64,000 bases of DNA from Patescibacteria group bacterium (GTDB lineage Bacteria > Patescibacteriota > Patescibacteriia > UBA1558 > GWA2-36-10), in contig JBAZSG010000003.1 in NCBI GenBank assembly GCA_041662585.1, positions 33,011 to 97,010 on the forward strand. Direction: 5' to 3'. Shown one piece after another: positions 17,354 to 26,892 of this stretch; position 1 is the stretch's first letter; each line of letters begins with the position of its first letter. Below the pieces are notes generated by a model. It was not told the origin of the DNA. It saw nothing but the letters and a program-made list of their open reading frames with translations, and ran no database searches. Made by a program: the position numbers and the translations under genes.

Positions 17354-18385
17354 ATGCAAAATAAAAATCCAAAAATATTATTAGCAGGTGGAGGGACACT
17401 TGGGTCAGTATCTCCACTTTTGGCTATTGCTGCAAAATATAAAGCCGACTATCTTTTTGTAGGTAGTGAGCATGGTCCAGAGCAAGATTTTGTAATTTCT
17501 CAAGGTATAGCCAATTTTCAGTCTATAAAAAGTGGCAAATTACGTCGTTATTTTGACTGGCAAAATTTTGTAGATGTATATCGAATCAAGCTAGCTTTTT
17601 TTCAAAGTCTAAAAATAATTTGGCATTTTAAACCAGATATAGTGCTGACAGCTGGTTCTTTTGTCGCTGTACCAGTGGTGTGGGCTGCTTGGCTACTTGG
17701 CAAGCCAGTGGTTGTTCATCAACAAGATTTGGTAGTTGGTTTGGCCAATAAATTGATGGCACCTTTTGCAAAAAAAATTACAGTAGTATTTCCTGAGCAA
17801 ATAAAAGATTTTGATAATAAAAAAACTATAGTTACTGGTAATCCAGTTAGAGAAGCAAAAAGTAGCTTAGAAAAAACTTCTCCCCTTATAGTAATTACCG
17901 GTGGAGGATTAGGTGCTCGTTCTATGAATAAATTTGTTAAAGATTTTGTTCCCAGAATGTTAGAGGCTGGTTTTGAAGTTTATCATATACTTGGCAAAAA
18001 AAATCTAGATCAAGCCTTGGAGCTTCGTGGGTATCATAGCGACAAGTTTATAAAAAATGCTATGCTTGATATATTGGCTCAAGCTGATATTATCATATCT
18101 CGAGCTGGTATGTCTTTGATATCAGAGGCGGCGGCTTTAAAAAAAGCTCTGGTGCTTATTCCAATGGAAGACAGTCATCAAGAAAGAAATGCTGCTTTTT
18201 TGGCCAAGCACAATGCCGCAGTGATGATTAGGCAAGGAAATCATCATATAATGAATAGATATTTGGATAAATTATTAGTGAAAGAAGATTTAAGACAAGC
18301 TTTGGGCAACAATCTTTATAATCTCTTTCCAAAAAACGCTATAAATGATTATATTATACTGATAGATAAGATTTTGAATAAATAA
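17354..18385 (+). CDS. murG: UDP-GlcNAc:lipid I N-acetylglucosaminyltransferase
   Basis: ILLAGGGTLGSVSPLLAIA N-terminus and GT28 C-terminal fold. Confidence 0.8.
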   Translation: MQNKNPKILLAGGGTLGSVSPLLAIAAKYKADYLFVGSEHGPEQDFVISQGIANFQSIKSGKLRRYFDWQNFVDVYRIKLAFFQSLKIIWHFKPDIVLTAGSFVAVPVVWAAWLLGKPVVVHQQDLVVGLANKLMAPFAKKITVVFPEQIKDFDNKKTIVTGNPVREAKSSLEKTSPLIVITGGGLGARSMNKFVKDFVPRMLEAGFEVYHILGKKNLDQALELRGYHSDKFIKNAMLDILAQADIIISRAGMSLISEAAALKKALVLIPMEDSHQERNAAFLAKHNAAVMIRQGNHHIMNRYLDKLLVKEDLRQALGNNLYNLFPKNAINDYIILIDKILNK

Positions 18386-19740
18386 TGACCAAACTAAATT
18401 TAGACAAAATAAATAAAGTATACTTAGCTGGCATAGGTGGTATTGGTTTATCAGCTATTGCTTATTATTTTCAAAATTTAAACAAAGTTGTTGAAGGTTC
18501 AGATTTATTAGAGTCAGAAGTGACCAAAAGATTAGAGGCAGCAAACATTGATATAAGATTTAAACAAGTAGCCAAAAATATTACAGATGATATTGATTTA
18601 TTTATTTATTCTTCAGCTTTACCAGACACACATCCAGAGTTACTTCAAGCCAGAGAATTTAAAATTCCTACTTTGAGTTATTTTGAATTTTTGGGGTTGC
18701 TTTCCAAAAATTATAAAACAATTGCCGTGACTGGTACCAATGGTAAAACTAGCACCACCGCAATGTTGGGGCTGATATTAGAAAAAGCAGGTCTTGATCC
18801 GACAGTTATAGTTGGTTCTCTAGTACCTCAGTGGGGCAATAATTTTCGTTTGGGAAAATCAGATTTATTGGTAGTTGAGGCTTGTGAGTGGAGAGCTCAT
18901 ATGCTCAATCTTCATCCTAGTATTATAGTACTGACCAATGTTGCTGAAGATCATTTGGATTTTTATAAAAATTTAACAGATATTAAAAAACATTTTAAAA
19001 AATTTGTTCACAAGCTTCCTGAAGATGGTTTGTTTGTCAAAAATTTTGATGATCAAAATTCTAAAGAAATAAACTTTAAAAATACTATTACCTATGGTGT
19101 GAGTGAAGAAGCAGATTGTTTTTACAAAGATTTGAAAATAGAAGATAACAAACAAAAATTTAATACCAACAAATTTCAAAATATAGAATTATCAATACCT
19201 GGTAAATACAATATTTACAACGCTTTGGCAGCTATGTCGGTAGCTAATTATCTAGGAGTAAACAAGCATCAGATGTGGAATGCTTTAGCTGAATTTAAGA
19301 GTACTTGGCGTAGATTTGAAATTGTCGGTCAGATGAAATCAAATATTGTGATTTCTGATTATGCTCATCATCCTGATTCTATCAATATGTTGCTTCGAGC
19401 GACCAAAGATTTTTATCCAGACCAAAAAATTATTGCTGTTTTCCAGCCACATCATCATAATAGGACCAAGACTTTACTTGATGAATTTGCCAAAGCTTTT
19501 TATTTGGCTGATCAAGTCATTGTTTCTGAAATATATAATGTAGCTGGTCGAGAAGATAAAATAAAAGAAGATGTAAGTTCTGTTGATTTGGTAGATAAAA
19601 TGAATCACAAACACAAGTATTATGCCAATGATTTCAAAAGAATAAAAGAAATACTCAAAGATATAAATCCTATAAATTCAGTTATTATTTTTATCGGAGC
19701 AGGGGATATAGATAATTTAGCGCGAGAAATAATTGATTAA
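18385..19740 (+). CDS. murC: UDP-N-acetylmuramate--L-alanine ligase
   Basis: LAGIGGIGLSAIA and GTNGKTSTTAMLG motifs. Confidence 0.8.
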   Translation: MTKLNLDKINKVYLAGIGGIGLSAIAYYFQNLNKVVEGSDLLESEVTKRLEAANIDIRFKQVAKNITDDIDLFIYSSALPDTHPELLQAREFKIPTLSYFEFLGLLSKNYKTIAVTGTNGKTSTTAMLGLILEKAGLDPTVIVGSLVPQWGNNFRLGKSDLLVVEACEWRAHMLNLHPSIIVLTNVAEDHLDFYKNLTDIKKHFKKFVHKLPEDGLFVKNFDDQNSKEINFKNTITYGVSEEADCFYKDLKIEDNKQKFNTNKFQNIELSIPGKYNIYNALAAMSVANYLGVNKHQMWNALAEFKSTWRRFEIVGQMKSNIVISDYAHHPDSINMLLRATKDFYPDQKIIAVFQPHHHNRTKTLLDEFAKAFYLADQVIVSEIYNVAGREDKIKEDVSSVDLVDKMNHKHKYYANDFKRIKEILKDINPINSVIIFIGAGDIDNLAREIID

Positions 19741-19742
19741 AT

Positions 19743-20492
19743 ATGAAAATAGTTAATATAAAAAATTCCAGAAAGTTAAATCTAGTAGGTGATTTGTATA
19801 CTGCTGATTCAGCTAAGATAATTATCATGAGTCATGGTTTTGCTTATGACAGACATGAAAAAGAAAACAAGTTTGATAAAATAGCCGAAAGTTTTAATAA
19901 AGTAGGTTACAATGTATTAAAATATGATTTTTCTGGTAGTGGTGAAAGCGATGACAGTCCATTAACACTAGCCAACTACATAGCTGATTTAAAATCAGTA
20001 ATTAAATATGCTAGAGAAAATGGATATAAAGATATTATATTGTTTGGGGCTAGTTTGGGAGGTTTAGTATCATTATCGGCATACAACGAAGATATAAAAG
20101 CCATAGTATGTTTAGCACCAGTCAGTGATAAGGTAGATTCGCAGTGGCGCAGAAAAAATTTTAGTGAAGAAGATTTGCTAGAAATTAAAAAAACTGGCCA
20201 GGTGATGCACAAAGCTCATGGTTTTAGGGATAAAATAATAATAGATAGACAATATTTATTAGACAGAGAAGAGGTAAACCAAAAATTATTGTTGAGAAAT
20301 ATAAAATGTCCAGTTTTGATATTTCATTCCAATGATGATACTTATGTACCACTTAAGGTTTCTGAAAGAGCTGTCAAAATTCTTGGCAATAAAGGAGAGC
20401 TTTATTTTATAAAAGACGCTGGACATGCCTTTTTAAAGCATCTTGATACGGTGGTAAACAAAACAATCAATTGGTTAGCTAAAAAAAATTAA
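19743..20492 (+). CDS. alpha/beta-fold hydrolase
   Basis: GASLGG nucleophile elbow and an acidic/His triad region (HSNDD...GHAF). Confidence 0.55.
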   Translation: MKIVNIKNSRKLNLVGDLYTADSAKIIIMSHGFAYDRHEKENKFDKIAESFNKVGYNVLKYDFSGSGESDDSPLTLANYIADLKSVIKYARENGYKDIILFGASLGGLVSLSAYNEDIKAIVCLAPVSDKVDSQWRRKNFSEEDLLEIKKTGQVMHKAHGFRDKIIIDRQYLLDREEVNQKLLLRNIKCPVLIFHSNDDTYVPLKVSERAVKILGNKGELYFIKDAGHAFLKHLDTVVNKTINWLAKKN

Positions 20493-20496
20493 ACAT

Positions 20497-21417
20497 ATGC
20501 AAATAGAAAAAAATAAAAGTCTCAAAGAATATACCACTTTTAAAATCGGTGGTCCTGCTGAGTTTTTTGCAGATGTAAAAACTGTCGAAGATTTGCAAAT
20601 TGCTTTAAAGTGGGCCAAAGACAATCAGCAGCCTTTTAGAATCTTAGGTGGTGGTAGCAATATGCTGGTCTCTGACAATGGACTCAAAGGACTGATTGTC
20701 AAATTAAATTTTGATAAATTAGAATTTGATGGTACAAAAGTTATAGTTGGTCCCGGAGTATTATTGACTTATTTATTAAATAAAGCGCTAGAGCATAATT
20801 TAACCGGTTTAGAGTTTGCTGCTGGAGTACCAGGTACAGTTGGTGGGGCTATCCGTGGTAATGCTGGCACTTATGGAGTAGCAATGGATAGCGTAGTAAA
20901 AAAAATAAAATATCTTGATGAAAAATTAGGAGTTCAAGAAATGGACAATAATGAGGCAAATTTTGCCTATCGTCATAGTATATTTAAAGAAAAGACTTGG
21001 GTCATACTAGAAGCAGAAATGCAACTTGAACAAGGTGATATTAAAGCAGCTAGAGCCTTGGTTAAAGAAAGATTGATATATCGTCAAAATACTCAGCCAA
21101 ATTTACCATCAGCTGGTTGTATTTTTAAAAATATATTGTTTGAGCAAGTAGATTTAAATAAATTAAAAGAAAAGAACATAGATATTGATAAATTTTCCCA
21201 ATATAAAAAAATTCCAGCCGCTCATTTGATAGAAAAAGCTGGTTTGAAGGGCCATACTATTGGTGGAGCACAGGTTTCTGAATTACATGGTAACTATATT
21301 GTCAACAAAGGAGATGCTACAGCCGAACAAGTAATTATGCTTATTAGTTTTATAAAGCAGCAAGTTAGGGATAAGTATGGTGTCCAATTGCAAGAGGAAG
21401 TGCAATTATTGGTCTAA
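20497..21417 (+). CDS. murB: UDP-N-acetylenolpyruvoylglucosamine reductase
   Basis: YTTFKIGGPAEFF FAD-binding N-terminus and MurB C-terminal domain. Confidence 0.8.
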   Translation: MQIEKNKSLKEYTTFKIGGPAEFFADVKTVEDLQIALKWAKDNQQPFRILGGGSNMLVSDNGLKGLIVKLNFDKLEFDGTKVIVGPGVLLTYLLNKALEHNLTGLEFAAGVPGTVGGAIRGNAGTYGVAMDSVVKKIKYLDEKLGVQEMDNNEANFAYRHSIFKEKTWVILEAEMQLEQGDIKAARALVKERLIYRQNTQPNLPSAGCIFKNILFEQVDLNKLKEKNIDIDKFSQYKKIPAAHLIEKAGLKGHTIGGAQVSELHGNYIVNKGDATAEQVIMLISFIKQQVRDKYGVQLQEEVQLLV

Positions 21418-21461
21418 TATTAGCCAAAAAGCTTATTTTTTAGATATCTGGTCTATAATCA

Positions 21462-21490
21462 TTGACTTTTTGAAAAAAATCTGTATAATA
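21462..21490 (+). promoter_or_regulatory. sigma70-like promoter TTGACT-N16/17-TATAAT upstream of infA
   Basis: attgactttttgaaaaaaatctgtataata. Confidence 0.4.
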
Positions 21491-21595
21491 TAGGGGCATT
21501 GATTATTTATAGGATTTTTAAGTATTTATGCTTATTTAAAGGAAAATTCTTATGGTCAATTGATCATAGAAGAATTTCTTTTTTTATAGAAATAA

Positions 21596-21832
21596 ATGAC
21601 AGAACAAGAGCCGAAAGTAAACAAAAAAGGATTTTTGGAGATGGATGGAGAAGTGTTAGATCTTCTTCCTAATGCCAACTTTAAAGTGGTTTTGGAAAAC
21701 GGCCATGAGGTTTTGGCTCATTTAGCTGGTAAGATGCGTATGTTTAAGATAAGAATCTTACCTGGTGATAAAGTCACTATAGAAATGAGTCCCTATGATA
21801 TGAGTAAAGGAAGAATTATTTATAGAAAATAA
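21596..21832 (+). CDS. infA: translation initiation factor IF-1
   Basis: S1-like OB fold with IF-1 signatures. Confidence 0.9.
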   Translation: MTEQEPKVNKKGFLEMDGEVLDLLPNANFKVVLENGHEVLAHLAGKMRMFKIRILPGDKVTIEMSPYDMSKGRIIYRK

Positions 21833-21838
21833 TATAGT

Positions 21839-21952
21839 ATGAAAGTAAGATCATCAGTGAAAAAAATGTGCAAAGACTGCAAAATCACTCGTCGTAAGAA
21901 CAGAGTGGTTTGTATTTGTAAAAATCCTAAACATAAACAAAGACAAGGATAA
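21839..21952 (+). CDS. rpmJ: 50S ribosomal protein L36 (not in the ORF track, 38 aa)
   Basis: [37 protein letters not shown] is the canonical L36 zinc ribbon. Confidence 0.9.
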   Translation: MKVRSSVKKMCKDCKITRRKNRVVCICKNPKHKQRQG

Positions 21953-21989
21953 ATTAGTTAAAACTTTTAAACTTTATAAACTAAATTTT

Positions 21990-22376
21990 ATGGCCAGAAT
22001 CGCAGGTATAAATATTCCAAGTGAAAAAAGAGCTGAAATAGCCCTTACTTATATTTATGGTATTGGTTTGACAACTGCTCAAAAAATATTAAAAGAAGTA
22101 AAGCTTGACGCTAATAAAAAAATCAAAGATTTTAGTGATGAAGAAATCAATCTAATTAGAAAAAGATTAGAAACCATCAAAGTAGAAGGTGAACTTCGTC
22201 GTGATAAAATATCAAACATCAAGAGACTCAAAGAAATAAAATCATACCGTGGCTCTCGTCATGTAAAAAACTTACCTGCCCGAGGTCAAAGATCAAAAAC
22301 CAATTCTCGTACTATACGCGGTAACAAGCGTGTTACTATGGGAAGTGGTAAAGCCAAACCCGAACAAAAAACTTAA
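21990..22376 (+). CDS. rpsM: 30S ribosomal protein S13
   Basis: MARIAGINIPSEKRAEIALTYIYGIG. Confidence 0.92.
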   Translation: MARIAGINIPSEKRAEIALTYIYGIGLTTAQKILKEVKLDANKKIKDFSDEEINLIRKRLETIKVEGELRRDKISNIKRLKEIKSYRGSRHVKNLPARGQRSKTNSRTIRGNKRVTMGSGKAKPEQKT

Positions 22377-22397
22377 TTTAAATGATTTGTATATAAT

Positions 22398-22784
22398 ATG
22401 GTAAAGACAATAAAATCAAAAAAGAAAGTAAAAAAGAGTATTAAAAAAGGACAAGCTTATATTCAAGCTACCTACAATAATACTGTTGTTACTGTTACTG
22501 ATGAACAAGGTAATACTTTGGCTTGGTCATCTGCTGGTTTAAATGGTTTTAAAGGCCCTAAAAAAGCTACTCCTTATGCAGCTGGTATTATTGTTAGAAA
22601 TGTTTCTGACAAGGTAAAAGAAATGGGTTTGGCAACAGTAGATATTTTTGTAAAAGGAGTTGGAGCTGGTCGTGAAGCTGCAATTCGTGCTTTTCACGCC
22701 AATGGTTTAGCAATTGGCTCTATCAAAGATATGACTCCAATACCTCACAATGGTTGTAGACCAAGAAAACAAAGAAGAGTATAA
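22398..22784 (+). CDS. rpsK: 30S ribosomal protein S11
   Basis: AWSSAGLNGFKGPKKATPYAA. Confidence 0.92.
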   Translation: MVKTIKSKKKVKKSIKKGQAYIQATYNNTVVTVTDEQGNTLAWSSAGLNGFKGPKKATPYAAGIIVRNVSDKVKEMGLATVDIFVKGVGAGREAAIRAFHANGLAIGSIKDMTPIPHNGCRPRKQRRV

Positions 22785-22801
22785 ACTTTATAAACTAAAT
22801 T

Positions 22802-23410
22802 ATGGCTAGAAATTTAAAACCAAGACATAAAGCAAGTCGTAGATTTGGCGAAAACGTTGCTGATACTTTGAAGGAATCAAAGAAAAACTATCCTCCAGGA
22901 ATGCATGGTCCTAAAAAGACTTTTGCTAAAACCTCAGAATTTGGACGTCAGTTAAAAGAAAAGCAAAAGGCCAAAGCTATTTATGGTATTTTAGAAAAGC
23001 AATTTAGATTGACTTTTGAAGATGCTGCTAAATTATCAGGTGATTTGGGTCAAAATTTATTGATAACCCTTGAAAGTCGTTTGGATAATGTAATTCATCG
23101 TTCAGGACTGGCTCAAACTAGACGTTTGGCTCGTCAATTGGTGACTCATGGACATTTTACTGTAGATGGTGTAGCTACTGATATTCCTTCATATCGAGTT
23201 AAGGCAGGTCAAATTATTAAAGTAAAAGAAAATAAAACCAAAAAAGGTTATTGGGCAAATTTATTAGAGGGTATTGATAAAGTACAAACTGCTGGTTGGT
23301 TATCACTAGATGGTAAAAACCTAACCATTACTGTCAATTCTCTACCAAATAAAGAAGAATTGCCAAATAACATTGATACTCCACTAATAGTTGATTTTTA
23401 TTCTAGATAA
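22802..23410 (+). CDS. rpsD: 30S ribosomal protein S4
   Basis: MARNLKPRHKASRRFGENV with an S4 domain. Confidence 0.9.
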   Translation: MARNLKPRHKASRRFGENVADTLKESKKNYPPGMHGPKKTFAKTSEFGRQLKEKQKAKAIYGILEKQFRLTFEDAAKLSGDLGQNLLITLESRLDNVIHRSGLAQTRRLARQLVTHGHFTVDGVATDIPSYRVKAGQIIKVKENKTKKGYWANLLEGIDKVQTAGWLSLDGKNLTITVNSLPNKEELPNNIDTPLIVDFYSR

Positions 23411-23437
23411 TAATAAATAAAAATTAAAAATAGATTT

Positions 23438-24220
23438 ATGATTCAAATTACATTCCCAGATAAAACAAGTATAAAGGATTTAAAGGATAATCACTATCAA
23501 GTGGTCATTGAACCCTTTTTTCCTGGTTTTGGTGTAACAGTAGGCAATGCTCTTCGTAGAGTACTACTTTCATCACTTGAGGGTGCTGCTGTGACTTCTT
23601 TTAAAGTAGAAGGAGCTCAACACGAATTTGATTCTGTCGAGGGTGTTAAAGAAGACTTGGTAGAGATAATGTTAAATTTGAAACAGTTAAGAGTTAAATC
23701 TTTTTCTGAAGAACCTGTAAAATTGATTTTAGATGTTAAAGGCGAAAAAGTTGTAACGGCAGCTGATATTAAAAAGAATGCTGATGTAGAAATCATTAAT
23801 TCAGATTTAGTGATTGCTACCATTACTGATAAAAATACAAAATTTGGAATGGAAATAACGGTTGAACAAGGTAGAGGCTATGTGACTGTAGAACAACGTG
23901 ATGATAGTAAAAAATTGGAGATTTCTAATGTGGCTATTGATTCTAGTTTTTCACCAGTATTAAATGTAGGTTACAAAATAGACAATGTGCGTGTTGGTGA
24001 AATGACTAATTACGAAAGACTCACCATTGATATGTTAACCGATGGTACAATTGATGCTAAAGTAGCTATTTCTCGTGCGGCTAAGATTTTGGAAGATCAT
24101 TTTAAATTGTTTATTGAAGAAGAAATACCAGTAGTAAGCAAAAAGAAAGATAAAGATGTAGAAGAAAAACCAAAAAAAGTTACCAAAAAAGTAAGTACTA
24201 AAGACAAAGAAGATAAATAA
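23438..24220 (+). CDS. rpoA: DNA-directed RNA polymerase alpha subunit, N-terminal domain only (no recognisable alpha-CTD; Lys-rich tail)
   Basis: GNALRRVLLSSLEGAAVTSFKVEG... is the alpha-NTD. The protein ends after ~225 aa with KKKDKDVEEKPKKVTKKVSTKDKEDK, and rplQ starts 2 nt later. Confidence 0.8.
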   Translation: MIQITFPDKTSIKDLKDNHYQVVIEPFFPGFGVTVGNALRRVLLSSLEGAAVTSFKVEGAQHEFDSVEGVKEDLVEIMLNLKQLRVKSFSEEPVKLILDVKGEKVVTAADIKKNADVEIINSDLVIATITDKNTKFGMEITVEQGRGYVTVEQRDDSKKLEISNVAIDSSFSPVLNVGYKIDNVRVGEMTNYERLTIDMLTDGTIDAKVAISRAAKILEDHFKLFIEEEIPVVSKKKDKDVEEKPKKVTKKVSTKDKEDK

Positions 24221-24221
24221 T

Positions 24222-24572
24222 ATGAGACATAGAAAAGTAGGTAAAAAATTGGGCAGAGAAGCCGGACCACGCAAAGCTTTGACAGATAGCTTGGCTACTT
24301 CATTGGTATTGTATGAAAAAATAGTAACTACTGAAGCCAAGGCCAAAGCTATTCGTCCTATTGTAGAAAAACTTATTACACGTTCCAAAGTAAAGTCTGT
24401 ACACAATAAACAACAATTGGGTAGAGTTTTGGAAGACAAAAAAGCTGTACAAAAACTATTGGATGTTATTGGACCAAAATATAAAGATAGAAAAGGTGGC
24501 TATACTCGCATTATAAAAATGACTCGTCGTCAAGGTGATGGTGCTGCTATGGCTCAAATTGAACTGGTATAA
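24222..24572 (+). CDS. rplQ: 50S ribosomal protein L17
   Basis: MRHRKVGKKLGREAGPRKAL. Confidence 0.9.
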   Translation: MRHRKVGKKLGREAGPRKALTDSLATSLVLYEKIVTTEAKAKAIRPIVEKLITRSKVKSVHNKQQLGRVLEDKKAVQKLLDVIGPKYKDRKGGYTRIIKMTRRQGDGAAMAQIELV

Positions 24573-24576
24573 ATAT

Positions 24577-24924
24577 ATGGAAAGAACAACACACAAAATT
24601 GATGCAGAAGGTAAGATAGCTGGTAGATTGGCCAGTGAGATTGCTATGCTTTTGCAAGGTAAAAATAGAGTAGATTATCAAGCACATACAGATTGTGGTG
24701 AAATTGTTGAAGTAACAAATGTAGCTGGTATGAAATTTTCTGGTAAAAAACTAGAAAGCAAAGTTTATAATCGAGTTACCGGTTATCCAGGTGGTCTTCG
24801 TACCAAAAGAGTAAAAAATATGATGGCAGAAGAGCCTCAAGAAGTACTTCGTAAGATGGTTTATATGATGCTTCCAAAAAATAAACTTAGACCTAATATG
24901 ATTAAAAGATTAAAAGTAAGCTAA
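24577..24924 (+). CDS. rplM: 50S ribosomal protein L13 (start moved to MERTTHKIDAEGK)
   Basis: KIDAEGKIAGRLASEIAMLLQGK matches L13. The track start at 24535 lies inside rplQ. Confidence 0.85.
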   Translation: MERTTHKIDAEGKIAGRLASEIAMLLQGKNRVDYQAHTDCGEIVEVTNVAGMKFSGKKLESKVYNRVTGYPGGLRTKRVKNMMAEEPQEVLRKMVYMMLPKNKLRPNMIKRLKVS

Positions 24925-24925
24925 T

Positions 24926-25339
24926 ATGGCAGTTAATAAAGAAAACAAAGATTATATTCCAGCTGTTGGCAAAAGAAAAAGAGCCATTGCTAGAATTAGA
25001 ATCATCAAAAATAATGTTAAGGGTCTAAAGATTACCATCAATGACAAAGACTACAAAGAATATTTACCTTATTTAGAATGGCAAGAATTAATTTTGAGGT
25101 CATTAAAATTGGCCGGTAGAGATAATATTACTATTAGTATCAAAGTTGCTGGTGGTGGAATCAAAGGACAAGTAGATGCTATAAAACACGGTATTGCCAA
25201 AGCATTGCTTAAGACTGATGAAGATTTACGTTCTACTTTGAAAAAAGATGGTTTACTTACTAGAGATTCTCGTATAAAAGAAAGAAAGAAACCTGGTCTT
25301 AAAAAAGCTCGTAAAGCTCCACAATGGAGTAAGAGATAA
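24926..25339 (+). CDS. rpsI: 30S ribosomal protein S9
   Basis: C-terminus ...GLKKARKAPQWSKR. Confidence 0.9.
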   Translation: MAVNKENKDYIPAVGKRKRAIARIRIIKNNVKGLKITINDKDYKEYLPYLEWQELILRSLKLAGRDNITISIKVAGGGIKGQVDAIKHGIAKALLKTDEDLRSTLKKDGLLTRDSRIKERKKPGLKKARKAPQWSKR

Positions 25340-25365
25340 ACTTACGATAATATATAAATTATATA

Positions 25366-25392
25366 AAAATCTCGCTTTTAGCGAGATTTTTT
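25366..25392 (+). terminator. rho-independent terminator (aaaatctcgc tttta gcgagatttt + TT)
   Basis: Perfect 9-bp stem and T-run after rpsI. Confidence 0.7.
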
Positions 25393-25464
25393 GATTAAAT
25401 AAAGATAAAAGAGATGATGTTTTTGAGCCTTTATTTAGTGGGTTTTTTGTGATAAAATAGACTT

Positions 25465-26892
25465 ATGTTAACTAGTCAACGAATTACCAGTAATACTAGT
25501 TTTTTCATGTTAGCGCTGATTTTTCAGAAAGTGCTTTCTTTTGTTTATTTTACAATTTTGGCTCGTAATTTGGGATCTGAAAGTATGGGTCAGTATTTTT
25601 TTGCAGTTTCTTTTGCTTCCATGTTTTCAGTACTAATTGATCTTGGCCTTTCACCACTTTTGATAAGAGAAGTAGCCAAAGAGGAAGAATCAAATAAGTG
25701 GTTTGGACAGATTTTTACTATCAAACTTATACTGGCTTTGATTACAGCTTTTATTATTTTGGGTTTAGATTTAATTTTATTTTATAGTGATCCAGTTAGA
25801 AATCTAATATTTTTGACTACAGCTATTATAGTTATTGATAGTTTTACTTTATTTTTTTATGCCTTTATTCGAGGTAAACAAAATCTCAGGTTTGAATCTT
25901 TGGGAGTGATTATTTTTCAATTGATAGTAATAGTAATGGGACTTGCTTTATTAAATATAACTAGCAATGTATTTTTATTACTCACTGTGCTTTTTACTGC
26001 TAGTTTATTTAATTTGATTTACTCTGGTATTATTTTAAACAAAAAGTTTGCTATAAAATTAAAACTTTATTTTTCCAAAGATTTAGCCAAGAAAATCATG
26101 ATGATAGCCTTGCCTTTTGCTTTGGCTGCTATTTTTGCCAAAATTTATGCTTATATAGATACGGTTTTAATAAAATTATTTTTAGGTGACAAGGAGGTAG
26201 GTTTTTATAGTGTAGCTTATAAAATTACCTTTGCCTTGCAGTTTATTCCCTTGGCTTTTGTAGCAGCACTTTATCCAGCCTTTTCCAATTATTTCAAAAC
26301 AGATATTGAAAAATTAAAACGTACTTTTGCTAGGGCTTTCAACTATTTGGCTTTTATAGCTCTACCACTTAGCTTTGGTATTATTGCCCTGTCAGGAGAG
26401 ATAATAAACAAGCTGTATACTGATGATTTTGATTCTGTTTGGCCACTCAAAGTTTTGATTGCTTCCATACCATTTTTATTTATAAATTTTTCTTTGTCCA
26501 GCTTTTTAAACGCTAGTGAAAGACAAAAAATAAATACTAGAAATCTTGGTATTATAATGTTGTTTAATATTATTTTAAATTTGATTTTAATACCAAAGCT
26601 TGGTGTTTGGGGGGCTAGTTTGACATCCACTTTATCTACCTTGTTTTTATTTATATTAAATCTTAGAGAAGTAATGAGGGTGGTACATATGCCTATTATA
26701 TTTTTTAGACCAATACTCGGATCTTTGTTATCAGCCTTTATAATGTATTGGTCGGTTGTTTATAGCAAAGATATAGTAGGTTGGATTTTATCTATAATAG
26801 TAGGAGCTATAGTATATTTGTTGTTAATGCTTATTACTCGTACTGTAAAAATACAGGATTTGCTACAATTAAAAAAATCATTTAGATCATGA
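25465..26892 (+). CDS. polysaccharide biosynthesis / Wzx-like MOP-family flippase
   Basis: About 14 TM helices with the typical MOP/Wzx layout. It heads a glycosyltransferase cluster. Confidence 0.6.
   Translation: MLTSQRITSNTSFFMLALIFQKVLSFVYFTILARNLGSESMGQYFFAVSFASMFSVLIDLGLSPLLIREVAKEEESNKWFGQIFTIKLILALITAFIILGLDLILFYSDPVRNLIFLTTAIIVIDSFTLFFYAFIRGKQNLRFESLGVIIFQLIVIVMGLALLNITSNVFLLLTVLFTASLFNLIYSGIILNKKFAIKLKLYFSKDLAKKIMMIALPFALAAIFAKIYAYIDTVLIKLFLGDKEVGFYSVAYKITFALQFIPLAFVAALYPAFSNYFKTDIEKLKRTFARAFNYLAFIALPLSFGIIALSGEIINKLYTDDFDSVWPLKVLIASIPFLFINFSLSSFLNASERQKINTRNLGIIMLFNIILNLILIPKLGVWGASLTSTLSTLFLFILNLREVMRVVHMPIIFFRPILGSLLSAFIMYWSVVYSKDIVGWILSIIVGAIVYLLLMLITRTVKIQDLLQLKKSFRS

Noticed and set aside
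24035-24439. Numerous antisense ORFs from the track that sit inside annotated genes, for example this 134-aa minus-strand ORF (also 858-1043, 1906-2115, 5593-5823, 6461-6805, 31832-32185, 54285-54656 and others)
   Set aside because: They are fully embedded in better-supported genes on the opposite strand and are low-complexity (Phe/Ile/Leu-rich from AT-rich antisense sequence).
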